Shown here: one piece after another, positions 60,030-64,000 of the stretch | Numbering within the stretch: the stretch's first letter is position 1 | How the letters are laid out: each line of letters begins with the position of its first letter | Source of the DNA: Alphaproteobacteria bacterium | GTDB taxonomy: Bacteria > Pseudomonadota > Alphaproteobacteria > UBA9219 | Length of the DNA stretch: 64,000 nt | Direction: 5' to 3' | NCBI GenBank assembly: GCA_028683655.1 | Contig: JAQUHK010000002.1 | Span: forward strand, 996 to 64,995 | Position numbers and translations under genes: made by a program | The notes under the pieces: model-generated | Database searches by the model: none | Seen by the model: the letters and a program-made list of their open reading frames with translations, nothing else | What the model was told of the DNA's origin: nothing

Positions 60030-61355
60030 ATGAACACATTGTCATGGCGTTGGTTGAAAAGGCTGATGCCGAAAAGCCTTTATGTCCGCACGATTCTGAT
60101 TATCGTGATTCCGACTTTCATCGCGTTGGCCGTTGCTACTTTTGTCTTTTTTGATCGCCACTGGTCGACGACGACCAACAGGCTGGCCTATGCTGTTTCT
60201 GGCGATATTGCTGCTATTATCGCGCTTGCGGAAACGGTGCCGTCTACTGCGGCGCGACAAGAGGTTATTGACAAGATCGCCATCAGAACTGATTTGTTTG
60301 CTACCTTTGATGTAGGGCGCAAATTGGATCGTGATCCCAAGAAATACAGTAGTCCTCTGCGCCAAATCCTTGATGATGCTTTAAACGAGCGGGTGAGGTT
60401 TCCTCACATCATTGAGGCACGGCGCGAGACTGAAGAACTTGCCATTATGATTGAGACTCCTGATGGGCTTTATACGGTTCTAGTGCCGCGTAAGCGGCTT
60501 TATACGCCGACGACCGAGGTTTTTATCGGCTGGATGTTGGGCAGCTCCATTCTATTATCTGTCATTGCTCTGTTGTTCATGCGCAATCAGGTCAGGCCTG
60601 TCCGGCGTCTTGCTGAAGCGGCTGAGGCTATCGGCAAGGGACAGGACGTGCCTTGGTTCAAGCTTGAAGGCGCGACTGAAGTGCGTCAGGCCGGATCGGC
60701 TTTGCTGGTTATGCGTGATCGTATCCGGCGTTCGTTTAATCAGCGAACAGCGATGTTGGCAGGTGTTTCGCATGATTTGCGGACTCCCTTGACGCGAATG
60801 AGACTACAGCTCGCCATGATGCCGGAGGGAGCCCAGACGCGGGGCATTCTGTCTGATATTGGCGAGATGGAGGTCATGCTAGAGGGGTATTTGGCTTTCG
60901 CGAAGGGCGAAGAAGGCGAGGCGACAGTCAAAACGGATTTGGCCGCCCTGCTTGATGATATTGTCCAGACAGCCAGAAGACAGCACGAGCATGTTTCTTT
61001 CAAGGGATCGGAAGCAGTTATGGCGACAATCCGCCCCCATGCCTTGCGTCGCTGTGTGAATAATCTTATCGGCAATGCGTTGCGCTATGGCAAGCAGGCG
61101 CAGATTGCCTTGTCCGAACGTGACCACGCGATTGATATCGTGATAGATGATGATGGCCCCGGTATTCCCGAGGAGAAGCGAGAGGATGTGTTCCGCCCCT
61201 TCTGCCGCCTTGATGCCTCACGCAATATGGATACGGGGGGCGTGGGTTTGGGGCTGACAATTGCGCGTGATATCGCTCGCGCACATGGGGGCAACCTCGT
61301 CTTAGAGGACAGTCCGTTAGGTGGTCTGCGGGCACGGATATGGTTGCCGGTCTAG
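60030..61355 (+). CDS. EnvZ-type sensor histidine kinase
   Basis: Two TM segments; HAMP; H-box VSHDLRTPLTRM; G-box DDDGPGIP and GGVGLGL. Confidence 0.8.
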   Translation: MNTLSWRWLKRLMPKSLYVRTILIIVIPTFIALAVATFVFFDRHWSTTTNRLAYAVSGDIAAIIALAETVPSTAARQEVIDKIAIRTDLFATFDVGRKLDRDPKKYSSPLRQILDDALNERVRFPHIIEARRETEELAIMIETPDGLYTVLVPRKRLYTPTTEVFIGWMLGSSILLSVIALLFMRNQVRPVRRLAEAAEAIGKGQDVPWFKLEGATEVRQAGSALLVMRDRIRRSFNQRTAMLAGVSHDLRTPLTRMRLQLAMMPEGAQTRGILSDIGEMEVMLEGYLAFAKGEEGEATVKTDLAALLDDIVQTARRQHEHVSFKGSEAVMATIRPHALRRCVNNLIGNALRYGKQAQIALSERDHAIDIVIDDDGPGIPEEKREDVFRPFCRLDASRNMDTGGVGLGLTIARDIARAHGGNLVLEDSPLGGLRARIWLPV

Positions 61356-61691
61356 TGCAGCCTCCTTTTGCCCCGGTTTTGCTTCCTTCTTTGGCTGCTG
61401 TTTGGATTTGGAAAAAGCCGTTTAGAATCAACGATCCGAGGGGAAAATGAGGCCTGTGACGCAGCTGAGCCGATATTTGGTACGCTCATGGGCCTGTTCG
61501 CGAGTCTTTTTGGGCTAACCTGCTGATTTATAACAACTTTCCCAAAATCGAGGACAACAGCTAACTCATTGATCTAAAACAATATTCTGAATCACATCTC
61601 CACCGAGACATAAAACGACGAAGTTTGTCAGACTGGAGGATACCTGTTCCCTGTTTTCCCTGTGGGAGCGTGGGGCCTTCCCAAGGTGGGA

Positions 61692-63797
61692 TCAGCAGTT
61701 CGTTCCAGCTGGCAAATCTACTGGGCATACTTTGTGCGGTTCCTTGGCTTCGTCCAGGGCGTCAATGACAGTGCTGGCCGTTAGCAGTTCGGACAGGAGG
61801 AGGCCGCCCGGTACCTTGGGGCCGAAGACGGCGTTAAAGGGGATGCCATAGCGGCCATGTTTGCGCAGGAAGGCTGTGAGGGCCGGATCAGGCGTTGTCC
61901 AGTCTCCCTGCATCGCGATAACGTCTGGATCGTCGAAAAGGTGTTTTTGGACATCGCTGCGCGACAGGGTGAATCTTTTGTTGGCTTTGCAGGTGAGGCA
62001 CCAGTCTGCTGTGATATCGACGAAGACGGTTTTGCCTTCGCGCACATGGCGGTACAGGGCTTCTTCGTCAAATTTTTCCCATAGACCGCTTTGAGGGGCC
62101 AGCGCAGTGGGAACCGAGGTAATGAAGCCAAAACCAAGCGAGGCGATGAGAAGGAAAGCGATAACCGGCTTGGTGAGTTTAACAGCGATTGACCTGTGGT
62201 GCAGATAAAGCTGTATGATGATAACAAGCATCGCTGCCGCGATCCCGAAGGCAGCCCAAAGGCCGAGTTGTTCGCCTAAAACTGTTAGGAGCCAGACGGC
62301 TGTTCCGGCCAAACAGAACCCGAGAAGTTTGGTCAGCTTCCCCATCCATGGACCGGGTTTGGGGAGGCTGGAGGCTAGGCGCGGATAAAAGGCGATGAGA
62401 AGATAGGGAAGGGCCATGCCTGTTCCCAAAGCTAAAAAGATCGCCATTGTTTTGACAGCACTTGCTGCAAGCGCAAATCCCAGCGCGGTTCCCAAGAAGG
62501 GCGCGGAACAAGGGGTGGCCAGAAGCGTGGCCAGCATACCTGTGGCGAAATTACCGGCCAGTTGCGGATGATGGGTTGTGTCGATTCTGTCCATCACAAA
62601 GCGCGGCAACGTAATCTCGAAGAACCCCCAAAGATTGCACGCAAAGAGCGTGGTCAAAAAGATCATGAAAATGATGAATGAGGGCTGCTGGAACTGGACG
62701 CCCCAGCCGATCAAGGTACCGCCGTGACGCAGCAAGATCAGAATGACGGCAAGCGCGCCAAAAGAAAAAATGATCCCTGCCGCAGTCGCTGTGAAGGATC
62801 GACGTATGGTTGTGCGGGCGGCTCCTCCGTGTTTGATCACGGACAAAACCTTAAGAGACAAAACGGGCAGGACGCAGGGCATCAAGTTCAAAATAAACCC
62901 GCCACTCAGCGCAAGAAAAAGCATGGTCCAGCCGCGTGAATCGGGGACATCTTCGGGTGGAGGCGGTGTTTCTGGGTGTAGAGGCAGATCGACTTCAAGG
63001 GCCTTGTTGCCATTTGTGATGGTTGCTTTTAAAGGCAGTTCCGCCAGCGTTTGGCCTGCGCCCAGCTCGCCGGACAAGGCAGATTTAAGGATGATCTTAT
63101 CGGGTTTGTCTGTCGGGATTGTCTCTGGCTTGGCAAAGAAAACGGTATCGCCGCCTTCAAGGAACAGGTCAGGTTCGTGAAACCCGTTTGCGGTTTTAAG
63201 GGTAACGCTCACGCTGTTGGCATCGCGTGATACGCTGTCTAATGCGAGCGCATTCGTTCCGTGTGTCGCGGGCAGGTTGTTGAATCCTGTTTCGATAAGT
63301 CCGGCTTCGCTTCCTTTGGCTCCATCACCGGCGGGAAGGATGAGGGAAAGATCGAAATGTTTGGGAAGGCACAAGTCTTTGCAGATCAGGATGTTCGCTT
63401 TTATATGTAGAGCTGTCTCTTGTTGCGCCGTCTTCAGTTGAAGGTGCAGAGGAAAAAAGACATGGTCGCTGTAGCCAATTGTCTCCATGCCATATAGTTC
63501 GGCGCGGTGCGGTGCGGGATAAAGGAGTTTCAAGCCCTCAATGTTGTTGGAAGCGGACCAGTCAAGGGAGGGGGGGAGTCCGGCTTCTCCGCCGGAACGC
63601 CAATAAGTATGCCACCCGTCGGCAAGCGTCAAATCGAGTCCCAGACGAAGGTTAGACGTGGGGCCAACGGAGTCGGTTTCCGATACAAGGCGAGCCGTAA
63701 GGGTTTCGTCCCCGGCACTGTTACTTACAAGGGCCTGCGCCTTAGGCGCAAAGGACAAAATGAACAGGGCCAAGAAGAGAAAAAGTCGCCTTACCAT
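61692..63797 (-). CDS. dsbD: Thiol:disulfide interchange protein DsbD
   Basis: Signal peptide; TM Cys motifs MPCVLPVL and TPCSAPFLG; C-terminal thioredoxin WCLTCK. Alternative start at 63818. Confidence 0.8.
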   Translation of the reverse strand: MVRRLFLFLALFILSFAPKAQALVSNSAGDETLTARLVSETDSVGPTSNLRLGLDLTLADGWHTYWRSGGEAGLPPSLDWSASNNIEGLKLLYPAPHRAELYGMETIGYSDHVFFPLHLQLKTAQQETALHIKANILICKDLCLPKHFDLSLILPAGDGAKGSEAGLIETGFNNLPATHGTNALALDSVSRDANSVSVTLKTANGFHEPDLFLEGGDTVFFAKPETIPTDKPDKIILKSALSGELGAGQTLAELPLKATITNGNKALEVDLPLHPETPPPPEDVPDSRGWTMLFLALSGGFILNLMPCVLPVLSLKVLSVIKHGGAARTTIRRSFTATAAGIIFSFGALAVILILLRHGGTLIGWGVQFQQPSFIIFMIFLTTLFACNLWGFFEITLPRFVMDRIDTTHHPQLAGNFATGMLATLLATPCSAPFLGTALGFALAASAVKTMAIFLALGTGMALPYLLIAFYPRLASSLPKPGPWMGKLTKLLGFCLAGTAVWLLTVLGEQLGLWAAFGIAAAMLVIIIQLYLHHRSIAVKLTKPVIAFLLIASLGFGFITSVPTALAPQSGLWEKFDEEALYRHVREGKTVFVDITADWCLTCKANKRFTLSRSDVQKHLFDDPDVIAMQGDWTTPDPALTAFLRKHGRYGIPFNAVFGPKVPGGLLLSELLTASTVIDALDEAKEPHKVCPVDLPAGTNC

Positions 63798-63896
63798 ATC
63801 AAACTCCAGAAAGATCATAGTGATTCAGTTCTTTGTCTTTTTACGCCCTCTGGTGTAAAATGACCAGCGAGAGGCAAAACGAGGTAGGGATATCTA

Positions 63897-64000
63897 TGGC
63901 TGGCAGACCGGAACTCACAATGACCCCTCAAGGGGGATGGCTGACAGGCAAGATCCTTGTTGCCATGCCGTCGATGTTGGACCCCCGTTTTGAGAAAACC
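63897..64000 (+). CDS. YqgE/AlgH-family (UPF0301) protein, partial (runs off window end)
   Basis: MAGRPELTMTPQGGWLTGKILVAMPSMLDPRFEKT matches the family N-terminus (hhhAMPxMxDPxF). Confidence 0.45.

Overview
This window looks alphaproteobacterial (about 46-48% GC by eye). It contains a roughly 58 kb accessory region inserted at the 3' end of a tRNA-Val(CAC) gene (59049..59123, minus strand). It is bounded and subdivided by three about 65-bp direct repeats that copy the 3' half of the tRNA (1106..1168, 38852..38916, 59031..59095). This implies two tandem integrative mobilizable islands: A at about 1169..38851 and B at about 38917..59048. Each island carries a related but diverged backbone. The backbone order is: a 3-gene module (XRE-HTH regulator, a 410/425-aa unknown protein and a 151/133-aa unknown protein), a 176-aa unknown protein, MobC, a MobA-type relaxase, ArdC, an AlpA/Xis-like HTH protein, and a tyrosine integrase. 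Island A cargo has four parts: (1) a translationally coupled Type I RM operon, hsdM, a DUF262/DUF1524 GmrSD-like nuclease, hsdS, darT, darG and hsdR; (2) a cluster of paralogous XRE-HTH regulators plus a LuxR-type HTH; (3) an unusual putative biosynthetic cluster (18534..27105), containing a class-IIb aaRS/AsnA-like ligase, a SAM methyltransferase, a divergent AlaRS-catalytic-domain paralog, an S66 (MccF/LdcA-like) peptidase, an editing-domain-less mini-AlaRS, a lipoprotein, an amidohydrolase and a radical-SAM/SPASM enzyme; (4) a T5orf172 protein and a PHP-ATPase (Ppl-like) protein between the integrase and the island's right-hand repeat. Island B cargo is an extended Type III RM-like locus: an AlpA-like small HTH, an SNF2 helicase, an unknown protein, Mod, a PLD nuclease, Res and an RloC-like Rad50/zinc-hook ATPase. 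The flanking core genes are a partial secreted Fn3-like protein (left) and, on the right, an OmpR/EnvZ-type two-component system, DsbD and a partial YqgE/AlgH gene. The most interesting candidate is the aaRS-paralog cluster. I propose, by inference only, that it makes an aminoacyl-nucleotide (Trojan-horse, aaRS-targeting) or tRNA-dependent product with MccF-like self-immunity. All functional calls rest on motif recognition by eye; no database searches were run.
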